From: Chthoniobacterales bacterium
Lineage (GTDB): Bacteria > Verrucomicrobiota > Verrucomicrobiia > Chthoniobacterales > Chthoniobacteraceae
Direction: 5' to 3'
DNA length: 51,076 bases
Assembly (NCBI GenBank): GCA_038207335.1
Contig: JBBQZX010000034.1
Location: forward strand, 1 to 51,076
Below the pieces are notes generated by a model that was not told where the DNA came from, made no database searches, and was given only the letters and a program-made list of their open reading frames with translations. How positions within the stretch are numbered: the first letter of the stretch is position 1; each line of letters starts with the position of its first letter. The translations under genes and the position numbers were made by a program. Positions 15,500 to 25,474 of the stretch are shown here, piece by piece.

Positions 15500-18400
15500 A
15501 TGCACAATACCCGCATCCTCGCCACTGGCATCGCCACGATCCTTGCCGTCACCGCCATCCAACGCGTCGTGCAAGCCGTGGACGGCACATGGACGAATTT
15601 GGCGAGCAGTTCATGGGCGACAACCACGAACTGGCTGAACGGAATCGTGGCGAGCGGCACGGATGCGACCGCGGACTTCAGCACGCTGAATATCACGGCG
15701 AATGCGACCGTGACGCTCGATGGCGCGCGCACGGTCGGGACGCTGAAATTTGGCGACACAACGGCGAGCAATGACTGGATTTTGAATACCGGCACTGCGG
15801 GGCCACTGACGCTCGATGTCACAACGGGCACAGCGGCCATCAATGTGGTGAACCGCACGGCGACAATCGGCGCGGTGCTGGCGGGCACTCGCGGGATCAC
15901 GACGAGCGGCGCAGGAACGCTCGTCTTGGGCGGCGCGAATACCTTCACCGGCGGGCTCGGGCTGTCAGGGGCGACAATCGTGACTTTGAACAACGCGAAC
16001 GCGGCGGGCACATCGAACGTGATCACCTACGCGGCAGGAACGACTGGGCGCGTGATGATCACTGGCGGCATCTCGCTGAACAGCGGCGTTACTTTCAACA
16101 TCGGCTCCGGAATCACCAACACCTCCGGGCGCGGTCTCATCGAGCAATCCGGCGCGGGCCAGGCGACGGTGAATGGCGCGATCAACATCACGGGCGGGAC
16201 GACGAATGGGGGCACTTTCCTCGGCAACAACACGGTGGGGAATGAACTCATTCTCGGCGGGCTCATCACCTCGAGCGTGCCGATTTCGCAGCGCGATGGG
16301 CGCGTGATTTATCGCGGCGGCGGCACGGGCTACAGCGCAATCACTGTGACCGGCACGATCCTCGCGGGCGCGACGAATGGCATCTCGACGGCAGCGGTGG
16401 TGACCCTCGGCGGGTCAGGAAATGCGACACTAGATTTGAACGGCTTCGACCAATCGCTCGCCGGCGTGGTGCTTGGGAATTCAACGAACAATTTTAGCGG
16501 CACGGTGAATTCCGGTGCGAAGACGCTGTCGCTCACGGGTAACATTACGAGCATCAGCGCCACGACGGGGAATGTGACGCACCTCATCAACGGCACCGGC
16601 GGCGGCGGGCTGAATGTCGGCGCGGCCGGCAGCACGATCGTCGTGACCGATACGCTCGCGGCGGACGACGTGGCGATCACTGGCGCGAGAATCAGCGGCG
16701 CGGGAGAGTTCACAAAAGTCGGCACCGGCACGCTCGCGCTCAGCGGAGTGAATGTGGTCGGCGGGCTCACGATCGCGGGCGGCACGCTGCAGGCGGGGCG
16801 GTTCACGGTGCCGGGAAATTTCACCACGGGTTCGCTCACATTCGGCCCGGCCGAGACGACGCTGCGGGTGAAAATCGGCGCGGGTGGCGACACAATCACG
16901 ACCGGCGCACTGACGACCGCCGGGCCGACGACGCTGATCCCGAGCCAGTTCGGCGGCATCCTGCCGGTGGGAAATTCGAACATCATCAACTACACCGGCG
17001 CCAGTCCGGGCGTCGGCGGATTCGTGCTCGTGCTGCCGGGACACGCGACCGGCAGCCTCGTCGATACGGGCACTGCGATCGCGCTGAATGTCACGTCGAA
17101 CGATCGCGTAGTTTTTGACGGAACGAATGACCCCGCGTGGAATACCGCGACGCCGAATTTCAAGCTCGAGTCGAACGGCTCGCCTGCGAATTACATCGAG
17201 CGCGACGAGGTGATTTTTCCGGACAATCCGGTGACGAGCGCCGTCGATATCGCGGCGAATGTCGAGCCGGCGAGGGTAAGCTTTTTAAACACCGTCGCGA
17301 CCACTTACACAGTGACCGGCGCTGGCGGAATCGTGGGCTCCGCGAGCCTCGTGAAGACCGGCGACGGGCTCGTGACGCTGCGCAACCCGAACAGCTACGG
17401 CGGCGCGACGACGGTGAGCTCAGGCACGCTCGAGCTCGATCACGACGCGATCGGCAATGTTGTCCTGAGCGGCACGAGCGGCGTGAGCGTGGCGGCGGGC
17501 GCGAAGCTGCTGCTCACGCGCGACGACGGCGGATTCACCTTCAGCCGCGATCTTTCCGGCTCGGGCACGCTCGAGCTGAACGCCCACTCGGTGGCGGGCT
17601 CGGCGACCTCGCAGGCAATCGCGCTCACGGGAAACAGCGCGGCTTTCAACGGCATGGTGCGGCTGCTCACGCCGCTCACCGGCACGTATCGGATCACGAG
17701 CGTCACGCCCGCGTCGCTGGGAAATGGCAGCGTCGAAGTACAGACCGGCGCGCAACTTTACACCGCAGCGGCGCAGACCTATGCGAACGCAATTTCGATC
17801 GCGGGAACCGGGTTCGTGGAGACCGCGCCCGGCGGATCCATCGGGGCGCTGCGGCTCGAAAACGGCTCGAATTGGGCGGGAAATATCGTCGTCAACGGCT
17901 CCGCCCGCATCGGCGCGCACAACGCGACGGCGACGGTCAGCGGCGCGATTTCCGGCGGCGACCTCTCGGTGAACGCGGCGAATTTCAACAACACCTACAC
18001 GCTGATTTTCACAGGCGCGAACAGCTACGGCACCACGACGATCGGGGGCAACAACATCCAGACCGCGGGCGTCCCATCTTATCGCCTGAATATCGGCAAC
18101 GGCGGCACGAACGGCACGCTCGGTCTCGGCAGCGTCCTCATCAATGGCGACGGCGCGAATGGCGTTCTCGGCTTCGATCGCTCCGACGGCTACACCCTGC
18201 TGCCCGGCCAGACGATCACCGCGGCCAGCGGCCAGGGCACGATCGCCAACAGCATCGCGCGCACCTTCATCGACTTCGACACACTCGGCGCGGGCTTCAG
18301 CGACAACGGCAACGCGATCACACTCGGCTCCGCGTCGATCACCACCGGCGGGCAGCTCCGTGTCGGCCAGTCGCGGGCGGGCGCGATCGCCAGCTTTTCG

Positions 18401-21400
18401 GGCGCTCTCACCGCGGGCACTTTCCGCATCGGCTCCGGGCAGGGCTCGGCCACGGCGAATCTCAACGTCGGCGCAGTCGTGAATGTCGAGCGCGTCCATG
18501 TCGGCCTCGCGGTGGCGAACACGACGTCCACCTTGAATATCAAAACCGGCAGCGCACTGACAGCCGACTACTTCACGCTCGGCGAGTTGGCGAGCGTCGG
18601 CGGCATCGTGAATCAAGCCGCGGGCTCGACGGTGAATATCGCGAGCCAGTTGCGAATCGGCCACTTCGCCACGGAGACGGGGATTTATAATATGAGCGGC
18701 GGCACGCTCACACTCACCGGCGCGTCGCCGCTCGCCTCGCCGTCCACTGCGGTAGCCGGAAGCGCAGGCGTGTACGGCGATGCTAATCTCAACACCACCA
18801 ACCCTGCCACCATCCTCGGCGGCGGCATCTACATCGGCATCGACGGCACCGGCATCCTGAACCAAACAGGCGGCACCCTGACGACCAATTGGATCGTCCT
18901 CGACAACCGGACCGACACCATCCCCGGCCTGAACATGAGCGACGGCATCGACCGTTATAATCTTAGCGGTGCAGCCAGCGTGCTCGCGCTACGCAGCACC
19001 TACGGGTTCATCCAGCGGAATGCCAGCGCCGCCGTCAGCTTCGGCGGCGGCACGGTGAAAGTGGACAACTCCGGCACCGGCACCGGCACTGGCGCGAACA
19101 TCAACATCCCTCTCGATGCCACGATCGACACCGTCGCCAGCACCACGACGAAGCTCGACACGAACGGCGCAGGCAACAGCCTCTCGCTGCTCCGCGACGT
19201 GCGCGGCACCGGCACGCTGAATCTCACCGGCGGCGGCACGATCATTTTCAGCAGCGCCGGGGCGCAGAGCATCGCACCGGCGATCATCGGCAGCGCGAAT
19301 ATCGCGAAAGGCGGCGGCGGCACGACCACGCTCAGCGGGATCGCGAGCGGCTTCACCGGAAATGTGGCAGTCTCCGCGGGGCGCCTGAATTTCGCCTCGA
19401 ACGGCGCGCCTAGCGCGATTGCCGTGGCCGATGGCGCGGCGCTCGGTGGCGAGCCGTCGGCGGGCGCGGTCACTTTCGGCACCTTCACCGGCGCGGCGCT
19501 CTTTTTCGATCCGAACACTGCCGGCGCGCTGACCGCCGGCAGTCTCACGCTCAACGGCACTACCACACTCGATTTTTCTGCGGCAGCCACGGGCTCCGGA
19601 CCGTTCACCGTGCTGAATTACGGCACGCTCACCGGCACGCAGAATTTCGTGCTGGCAAATGCGGCGAGCTATCGCGCGTCGAGCATCGACACCAGCGTCG
19701 CGGGCACGGTGAAACTCAACGTCACGACCAAGTCGCTGACCTTCACCGGTACGGGCGCGGCGCCGAATGCGTGGGATCAAAACTCTACGGCAAACTGGAC
19801 CGATGGCGCGATCGCCGAGACGTTCTACGCGGGCGATTCGGTGCTCTTCGACGACTCCTCGCCCGTCACAACCATCAATGTTTCCAGTGGCGTCAGCCCC
19901 TTCAAGACGAGCGTGAATTCGGGCGTGAACAACTTCACTTTTGCGTCTGCCGGCAATGGCATCGCGGGCTCCAGCGGTCTGCAAAAATTCGGCTCCAGCA
20001 CGCTCACGATCACCGGGACGAACAGCTACAGCGGCCAGACCGTGGTCGGCGGCGGCATCGTGGACATTGCCGCGCCGACGAGCCTCGGAAATGCCTCCGC
20101 GACGAACACCATCGCGCTCCTGGGTGGCGGACGGTTGCGCTACTCCGGCACGACCGCTGTCGATCTCGGCGCCACACGCGCCATCGCGGTCGGATCGGGC
20201 GGCGGCGTCATCGCGCACAGCGGGGGCACGGCGGTCACACTGACGATCCCGGGAAGTATCGCGGGCAGCGACCCGCTGCGTTTCAGCACCACCGGCGCAG
20301 GGACCGCCAGCAGCGTGACGACTTACAACCTCACCGGCGACAACTCCGGCTACACCGGCGACCTCACCGTCGATGCCACTTCCAGCATCCTCTCGACGCT
20401 CACTTTCGCCACGCAACTCGCCGTTCCAAATGCTTCGTCGATCACGGTGAATTTCCCATCGGGCTCGCTGACCAATGGCAACGCGACGATTTTGAATCTG
20501 CCGGGTGTCAACCTGCCTGCAGCGACGACGCTCAATCTCAACTCCAACTTGAATGGTGCGATCAGCCAGCGCTCGCAGGTCACCACGACGGGCGCGTCGT
20601 CGATCAACGGCCCGATCAAGCTCTCTGCAAACGCCGGCGGTGTCGTGCAATTCAGCCCGGCGGCAAACAGCACGCTCACGCTCAACGGCGACATCAGCGA
20701 GGCATCGCCCGGCGCGTTTGGGAGCGCCGCAAATTTCGGCGTGCTCTTTCTCCGCACCGCCGGAAATACCGTCGTCAACGGGAAGATCAACCTCCCGACC
20801 GCGCTCCTCAGCCGCGTGGACGACACGGGCTCGGCGACGATCAACTCCACCGGAAACGTTTGGGCGCTCACCGATGTGCGCTCGAATAGCACGCTGCGAA
20901 TCGGCGCGAACAACGCGCTCGCCATCATGGCTCCGCTGCGCATCGGGCAGGCGAGCGACGGCAGCAGTTCCGTCTTCGATCTCAATGGCTTCAACCAGGA
21001 AATCGCCGGCCTCGACTACGTGAACGGCAACGCGGCAAACACCCGCCGCGTCACCAATTCGAGCGCGACGCCGTCGATTCTCACGATCAATAACACGGGC
21101 AACTTCACCTTCGGCAGCGTCGCCACAAATGGCGCTGGCAACCTTACCGGCGCACTTTCACTCGTGAAACTGGGCTCCGGCACTCAGACGCTTGCCGGCC
21201 CGGCTAATACCTACACCGGCAACGTCACGATCAATGCCGGCACCCTCGTCGCGGGTGGAAATCTCACGAGTAACGCGCTCGGAAGCCCCACGACTGCCGG
21301 TCGCACCATTACCGTGAACAACGCGGGAACGCTCCTCAGTTTCGCGACGAACAACGTCTTCGGAAGCGGCATCGGCAACGCGAACCTCCCCGCCATTGTG

Positions 21401-22297
21401 CTCAATCTTGGCACGACACTCTCCTCAGCTCGCTACAACGTGCTCGGCGCGATCATGCTTAATGGCGCAACGCTCACGCAGTCCGCAAGCGACGCCGGCG
21501 CCTTCGAGGGATTTGCATTCAAAGGCGGAATCACCGTCATCGGCTCGACGCCTTCGACGATCGCGACCGGCAACGGAAAAGCCGACCACCTCGACACGAA
21601 TACGATCTTTAACGTCGCCGACGTCACCGGCTCCGCCGACACAGACCTCATCCTCACCGCACCGCTGCGCGACCAGTCCGGCGACTTCGGCAGCGCCGCT
21701 GGCGGGCTCACGAAAACGGGCGCGGGCACGCTCGAGTTCACGTTTGGAAATGCGAGCAGCTACACCGGCCCGACCGTCGTGAATGCCGGCACCCTGCTCA
21801 TGAATGGCAGCATCAGCGGCAGCACGACCACCGTGAATGTCGGCGGAACCATCGCCGGCAACGGCACGCTCGGCGCGCTGAATGTCACCGGTGGCACAGT
21901 CGCACCCGGCAACAGCCCCGGCACGCTCAGCACCGGGGCTTTCTCGCTCGATTCCTCATCCACCTTAAAATTCGAGCTCGCGCAGGCCGGCGTCAGCGGC
22001 GGCGGCGTCAATGACTTCATCAGCGCAACCGGTGCGCTCTCGCTCGGCGGAACGCTGCAGGTCACCACGCTCCCGGGCTTCGGCACCGGCAGCTACCCGA
22101 TCATCAGCTACGCCGGGGCGCTCACCGGCAGCGGCCTCGTCCTCCAAAGCGCGTTCCTCACGGCATATCCCGGCTCCTTCATCGACACGGGCACGGCAAA
22201 TATCGTCAGCCTCGTCGTCGTCCCCGAGCCAAACGCGCTCCTCACTCTCGTCGGCGGCTGCGCCACGCTCCTCGGCCTGCGTCGCCGACGGGCGTGA
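15500..22297 (+). CDS. Giant PEP-CTERM surface protein with autotransporter-associated beta-strand repeats
   Basis: Signal peptide from ATG 15500; several L.K.G.GT..L...N.Y.G.T.V..GTL repeats; Gly/Thr/Ser/Asn-rich; C-terminal VVVPEP, TM helix and LRRRRA. Confidence 0.92.
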   Translation: MHNTRILATGIATILAVTAIQRVVQAVDGTWTNLASSSWATTTNWLNGIVASGTDATADFSTLNITANATVTLDGARTVGTLKFGDTTASNDWILNTGTAGPLTLDVTTGTAAINVVNRTATIGAVLAGTRGITTSGAGTLVLGGANTFTGGLGLSGATIVTLNNANAAGTSNVITYAAGTTGRVMITGGISLNSGVTFNIGSGITNTSGRGLIEQSGAGQATVNGAINITGGTTNGGTFLGNNTVGNELILGGLITSSVPISQRDGRVIYRGGGTGYSAITVTGTILAGATNGISTAAVVTLGGSGNATLDLNGFDQSLAGVVLGNSTNNFSGTVNSGAKTLSLTGNITSISATTGNVTHLINGTGGGGLNVGAAGSTIVVTDTLAADDVAITGARISGAGEFTKVGTGTLALSGVNVVGGLTIAGGTLQAGRFTVPGNFTTGSLTFGPAETTLRVKIGAGGDTITTGALTTAGPTTLIPSQFGGILPVGNSNIINYTGASPGVGGFVLVLPGHATGSLVDTGTAIALNVTSNDRVVFDGTNDPAWNTATPNFKLESNGSPANYIERDEVIFPDNPVTSAVDIAANVEPARVSFLNTVATTYTVTGAGGIVGSASLVKTGDGLVTLRNPNSYGGATTVSSGTLELDHDAIGNVVLSGTSGVSVAAGAKLLLTRDDGGFTFSRDLSGSGTLELNAHSVAGSATSQAIALTGNSAAFNGMVRLLTPLTGTYRITSVTPASLGNGSVEVQTGAQLYTAAAQTYANAISIAGTGFVETAPGGSIGALRLENGSNWAGNIVVNGSARIGAHNATATVSGAISGGDLSVNAANFNNTYTLIFTGANSYGTTTIGGNNIQTAGVPSYRLNIGNGGTNGTLGLGSVLINGDGANGVLGFDRSDGYTLLPGQTITAASGQGTIANSIARTFIDFDTLGAGFSDNGNAITLGSASITTGGQLRVGQSRAGAIASFSGALTAGTFRIGSGQGSATANLNVGAVVNVERVHVGLAVANTTSTLNIKTGSALTADYFTLGELASVGGIVNQAAGSTVNIASQLRIGHFATETGIYNMSGGTLTLTGASPLASPSTAVAGSAGVYGDANLNTTNPATILGGGIYIGIDGTGILNQTGGTLTTNWIVLDNRTDTIPGLNMSDGIDRYNLSGAASVLALRSTYGFIQRNASAAVSFGGGTVKVDNSGTGTGTGANINIPLDATIDTVASTTTKLDTNGAGNSLSLLRDVRGTGTLNLTGGGTIIFSSAGAQSIAPAIIGSANIAKGGGGTTTLSGIASGFTGNVAVSAGRLNFASNGAPSAIAVADGAALGGEPSAGAVTFGTFTGAALFFDPNTAGALTAGSLTLNGTTTLDFSAAATGSGPFTVLNYGTLTGTQNFVLANAASYRASSIDTSVAGTVKLNVTTKSLTFTGTGAAPNAWDQNSTANWTDGAIAETFYAGDSVLFDDSSPVTTINVSSGVSPFKTSVNSGVNNFTFASAGNGIAGSSGLQKFGSSTLTITGTNSYSGQTVVGGGIVDIAAPTSLGNASATNTIALLGGGRLRYSGTTAVDLGATRAIAVGSGGGVIAHSGGTAVTLTIPGSIAGSDPLRFSTTGAGTASSVTTYNLTGDNSGYTGDLTVDATSSILSTLTFATQLAVPNASSITVNFPSGSLTNGNATILNLPGVNLPAATTLNLNSNLNGAISQRSQVTTTGASSINGPIKLSANAGGVVQFSPAANSTLTLNGDISEASPGAFGSAANFGVLFLRTAGNTVVNGKINLPTALLSRVDDTGSATINSTGNVWALTDVRSNSTLRIGANNALAIMAPLRIGQASDGSSSVFDLNGFNQEIAGLDYVNGNAANTRRVTNSSATPSILTINNTGNFTFGSVATNGAGNLTGALSLVKLGSGTQTLAGPANTYTGNVTINAGTLVAGGNLTSNALGSPTTAGRTITVNNAGTLLSFATNNVFGSGIGNANLPAIVLNLGTTLSSARYNVLGAIMLNGATLTQSASDAGAFEGFAFKGGITVIGSTPSTIATGNGKADHLDTNTIFNVADVTGSADTDLILTAPLRDQSGDFGSAAGGLTKTGAGTLEFTFGNASSYTGPTVVNAGTLLMNGSISGSTTTVNVGGTIAGNGTLGALNVTGGTVAPGNSPGTLSTGAFSLDSSSTLKFELAQAGVSGGGVNDFISATGALSLGGTLQVTTLPGFGTGSYPIISYAGALTGSGLVLQSAFLTAYPGSFIDTGTANIVSLVVVPEPNALLTLVGGCATLLGLRRRRA

Positions 22298-22320
22298 TTT
22301 AACTGGATCGTCGATCCCGG

Positions 22321-24129
22321 TTACAAGCCGCGGCGCGCCAACCGCTCGATGATCCCAATGCGATGCGTCGCCTCCGTGTCGTGGACGTCCAGCTCCTCGG
22401 CGCGGTGGAATGCTGCGACCGCGAGTTCCATCTTATGCGCATCGGTGAGCAGGTCGCCGAGCAGATGCCACGGAGTTGCGCGAAACGCCTCACGCGCGAG
22501 TACGCCACGCAACACCCGGATCGCCTCCTCGCGGTGACCGTGCTGATTCAGCGCACGGATGTAGCGGTCGTAGCTTGGCCAGAAAAATGGTGCGTCCTCA
22601 GCGGCCGCGCGCAACTCGTCGAGCGGATCTTTGTTCGTTTCGATCGCGTCGAGGCTTGCGCGCATCTGCCGCGTTTGCGCCGCGAGAACCGTGCTCTTTT
22701 GGGCGAGGTCGAGGTAGCGCCGCGCTTCGTCATAATGCCCTAGACGAATCTGCACCGCAGCCATTCCGAACTGCGCGAATGCAAGTTCCGGCTCGCGCCG
22801 CAGCGCTTCTTGAAAATCGAGCAACGCGATGTCGTCGCGGCCTTCCGCGGAATCGAGCTGACCGAGATTCACACGCATCCGCGCGCTGTCTCCGCCCTCC
22901 TCGATCGTGCGCGTGAGAAAGGTCCGCTGATCTTTCCAATCGGCCTGCCGATGAAATGTGCGGACGCCGAGCCACGCAGCCCAGAGGGCGACCACGCCGC
23001 TTAAAAAGAGCGTGAGTTGCCGACTGTGCGAGCAAATTTCGCGAAGCGAAACGGCGGCGGCGATCAGCAGAAAGGCGCTCGGGACGTACAGCCAGTGCTC
23101 GGCGAGGCTGGCATTGAGCGGGAGTAAATTGCTAATCGGCAAGTAAGCCGCGAGCGCCGCGAGCAGAGCCAGTGAAGCCAGCGGCACGCGCCGCCGAGCC
23201 CACCACCACCACGCACCACATGCCGCAATGAGAGCGACACCGCCCGCAGTCTTCCAAGCGGCCCGCCGGACGATCGCCATCTCCGCGCCTGCAGGAACCG
23301 CCACACCGCGCTCCATTTTCAAACTCACCGGCGCCACGAAAAGCCCCGCATACTCCGCGAACGCCCGCGCAGCGAGGATTGGACGCTCAGCCAGCGTCGG
23401 CACTGTGCCCGTGGGTGGCGCAGTTTTTTCCGCGCTGAATCGCAGCCCCGCATACACTGCAAGGACGGCAGCCGTGATGCACCCCCACTTCACCCAAACC
23501 ACTCGCGGCACGCTCCGCCACGCGAGCATGATGAGCCAGACGATGAGTGCGAAAACACCGCTCTCTTTCGATAAAAACGCTGCGAGAAAACAAACCGCCG
23601 CTGCACCTGTTGCCAGCTTCGCGCGCCTGCCGCCATCGAGGCTCACGAGCGCAAATGCGAGTGCGCTGAATCCAAAAAATGCCGCGAGCGGATCCGCGCG
23701 TCCGGCCACATACGTGACCGCCGACGTATGCAGCGGATGAATCGCCCAGAGCAGCGCGACGCCGCACGCCCAGCGCGTGCGGACCGTCGGTGCGAGCATT
23801 TTCTCGACGAGAGAAAACAGGGCAATGGCCGCGGCGAGATGCGCGTAAATGCTGCTGAGATGGTATCCGCGCGGCAGCGTGTCCCAAAGCGCGTAGTCGG
23901 CTAGGAAAGTGAGGCGCTGGATAGGGCGGTAGAAATTCGACGGCGTGGCGTCGATGAAAAGGAAGTGGCGGAAGCTCTCCGGAATCAGCCGCCAGCTTCG
24001 GATGAGCGGGTCGCGCAGCACGAGCGCCTGATCGTCCCAGACAAAGCCGTTGCGCTGCGCGGGCCAGTAAACGAGGAAAGTCGCCACGATGATGAGAAAA
24101 AGCGCACCGACTCGTTGGAGATTTTTCAA
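22321..24129 (-). CDS. TMTC-like GT-C membrane glycosyltransferase with C-terminal TPR repeats
   Basis: NGFVWDD..LVLRDP, NFYRP, ALLWAIHPLHTSAVTYVAGRAD, LSKE, AEHWLYVPS, followed by TPR helices. The start is uncertain (TTG 24129 or further upstream). Confidence 0.8.
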   Translation of the reverse strand: MKNLQRVGALFLIIVATFLVYWPAQRNGFVWDDQALVLRDPLIRSWRLIPESFRHFLFIDATPSNFYRPIQRLTFLADYALWDTLPRGYHLSSIYAHLAAAIALFSLVEKMLAPTVRTRWACGVALLWAIHPLHTSAVTYVAGRADPLAAFFGFSALAFALVSLDGGRRAKLATGAAAVCFLAAFLSKESGVFALIVWLIMLAWRSVPRVVWVKWGCITAAVLAVYAGLRFSAEKTAPPTGTVPTLAERPILAARAFAEYAGLFVAPVSLKMERGVAVPAGAEMAIVRRAAWKTAGGVALIAACGAWWWWARRRVPLASLALLAALAAYLPISNLLPLNASLAEHWLYVPSAFLLIAAAVSLREICSHSRQLTLFLSGVVALWAAWLGVRTFHRQADWKDQRTFLTRTIEEGGDSARMRVNLGQLDSAEGRDDIALLDFQEALRREPELAFAQFGMAAVQIRLGHYDEARRYLDLAQKSTVLAAQTRQMRASLDAIETNKDPLDELRAAAEDAPFFWPSYDRYIRALNQHGHREEAIRVLRGVLAREAFRATPWHLLGDLLTDAHKMELAVAAFHRAEELDVHDTEATHRIGIIERLARRGL

Positions 24130-24913
24130 GACGGCGATCCTCGCGACGACCGCGCGCGCGGGCAAGATCGCGGTCGTCGCGGCGCTCGCGCTGGCTGCAT
24201 TTTCCACCGCATTAGCAGTCGGCATCGAGCCCGGCGTGAAGCAACTCATCGTGAGCATCGCGCCGGGTTGGGACTCCATGAACGGCCGCCTTCAGCGATT
24301 CGAGCGCGAGGGCGGCGCGTGGCGGCCTGTCGGCGATTCGTGGCCGGTGCTCTTTGGAAAAAATGGACTCGCGTGGGGCCGCGGCGTGCTCGGCAACGGT
24401 GAGCGTGGAAACGAGAAAGTGGAGCGCGACGGACGCGCGCCCGCCGGCGTTTTCCGGCTCGGAAAAATCTACACTTACGACTCGGCGCTACCCGCTGGCG
24501 CCGAGTTCCCCTACCACACCGTCGGGCCCGGAGACGCGTGGATCGATGACGTGAATTCGCCGCGCTACAACCAACAGGTGACGGTCGATCCAAAGTCGCC
24601 ACCGCCGTGGTTCGAAAAGCAAAAAATGCGGCACAACGATTTCGCCTACCGCTGGCTCGTCGAAATCCGGCACAACTCCGACCCGCCCGCGCCCGGCATG
24701 GGCAGCGCGATATTCTTCCACATTCGCCGCGGCCCGCAGCGCCCGAGCGCAGGATGCACGACGATGGCCGAGGAAAATCTCGTGGCGCTCATCCGCTGGC
24801 TTCGCGCCAGCCAGCAACCAGAATACGTCCTCCTCCCCCGCTCCGAATACGAGGCGAAGTGGAAAACGTGGGGCCTGCCGGGCCCGGACGCAGCGAAAGC
24901 ACTTCTGCCATGA
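24089..24913 (+). CDS. L,D-transpeptidase family (YkuD-like) protein
   Basis: EKVERDGRAPAGVF, GMGSAIFFHI...PSAGC (His/Cys catalytic motif); hydrophobic N-terminal signal. Confidence 0.85.
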   Translation: MMRKSAPTRWRFFKTAILATTARAGKIAVVAALALAAFSTALAVGIEPGVKQLIVSIAPGWDSMNGRLQRFEREGGAWRPVGDSWPVLFGKNGLAWGRGVLGNGERGNEKVERDGRAPAGVFRLGKIYTYDSALPAGAEFPYHTVGPGDAWIDDVNSPRYNQQVTVDPKSPPPWFEKQKMRHNDFAYRWLVEIRHNSDPPAPGMGSAIFFHIRRGPQRPSAGCTTMAEENLVALIRWLRASQQPEYVLLPRSEYEAKWKTWGLPGPDAAKALLP

Positions 24914-24925
24914 ACTGCCACGCCG

Positions 24926-25024
24926 ATGAACACGGTCGCCGCGCTCTTTAATCTTTCGCCACTCGACTTGGTGGTCATTCTCAGCATCGTGCTCGTGCTC
25001 TACGCCTTAAAAAATTCCAAGTAA
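24926..25024 (+). CDS. 32-aa TatA-like mini-protein or truncated tatA duplicate
   Basis: MNTVAALFNLSPLDLVVILSIVLVLYALKNSK aligns without gaps to the N-terminus of the downstream TatA ([30 protein letters not shown]). Confidence 0.6.
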   Translation: MNTVAALFNLSPLDLVVILSIVLVLYALKNSK

Positions 25025-25097
25025 ATCGACGCGTGGCGAGTTACCAGAATGCCCGTTGCAACCTTCCCGCACGGGTGTTACTTGATTCCACCGCCAT

Positions 25098-25406
25098 ATG
25101 AATACGCTCGCTTCCCTCTTCAATCTCGCAGGCCCCGACCTGATCGTCATTCTCGGCATCGTGCTGCTCCTTTTCGGGGCGAAAAAATTGCCCGAACTCG
25201 CACGCGGCATGGGCCAGGCCGTGAAAGAATTCAGCAAAGCCAAAGACGAGTTCGAGCGCGAGGTCACGCGTCCTGTGCCCGAGCCTCCGCGGATTCAGGA
25301 GCCACTCACCGAGGCTCCGAGAGTCGTGGTCTCTGCCGAGGAAGCGGTACACAGCGAACACACCGGGGCCACCACAGAGGTGCCGCCATTCCAGCCGCAC
25401 GCCTGA
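25098..25406 (+). CDS. tatA: Twin-arginine translocase TatA/TatE subunit
   Basis: [32 protein letters not shown]. Confidence 0.95.
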   Translation: MNTLASLFNLAGPDLIVILGIVLLLFGAKKLPELARGMGQAVKEFSKAKDEFEREVTRPVPEPPRIQEPLTEAPRVVVSAEEAVHSEHTGATTEVPPFQPHA

Positions 25407-25433
25407 TTCTGAGACGGTTTACTTCTTAAATTT

Positions 25434-25467
25434 AGGGCTCGCCTTCACCGGCGAGCCCTTTCTTTTT
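25434..25467 (+). terminator. Intrinsic terminator after tatA
   Basis: AGGGCTCGCC-ttcacc-GGCGAGCCCT followed by TTCTTTTT. Confidence 0.85.
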
Positions 25468-25474
25468 GTAGTCA

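Noticed and set aside
17137..20889. Several 370-550 aa alternative-frame and antisense ORFs inside the PEP-CTERM gene
   Set aside because: Arg-rich, low-information translations typical of off-frame GC-rich DNA.
15500..22297. Repeats in the giant gene considered as a CRISPR array or a diversity-generating retroelement target
   Set aside because: The repeats are degenerate protein-level repeats without constant length or spacers; no cas or reverse transcriptase gene is present in the window.
13587..25000. Genomic island integrated at tRNA-Val
   Set aside because: No integrase and no duplicated tRNA 3' end found in the window; only the odd EamA overlap is reported.
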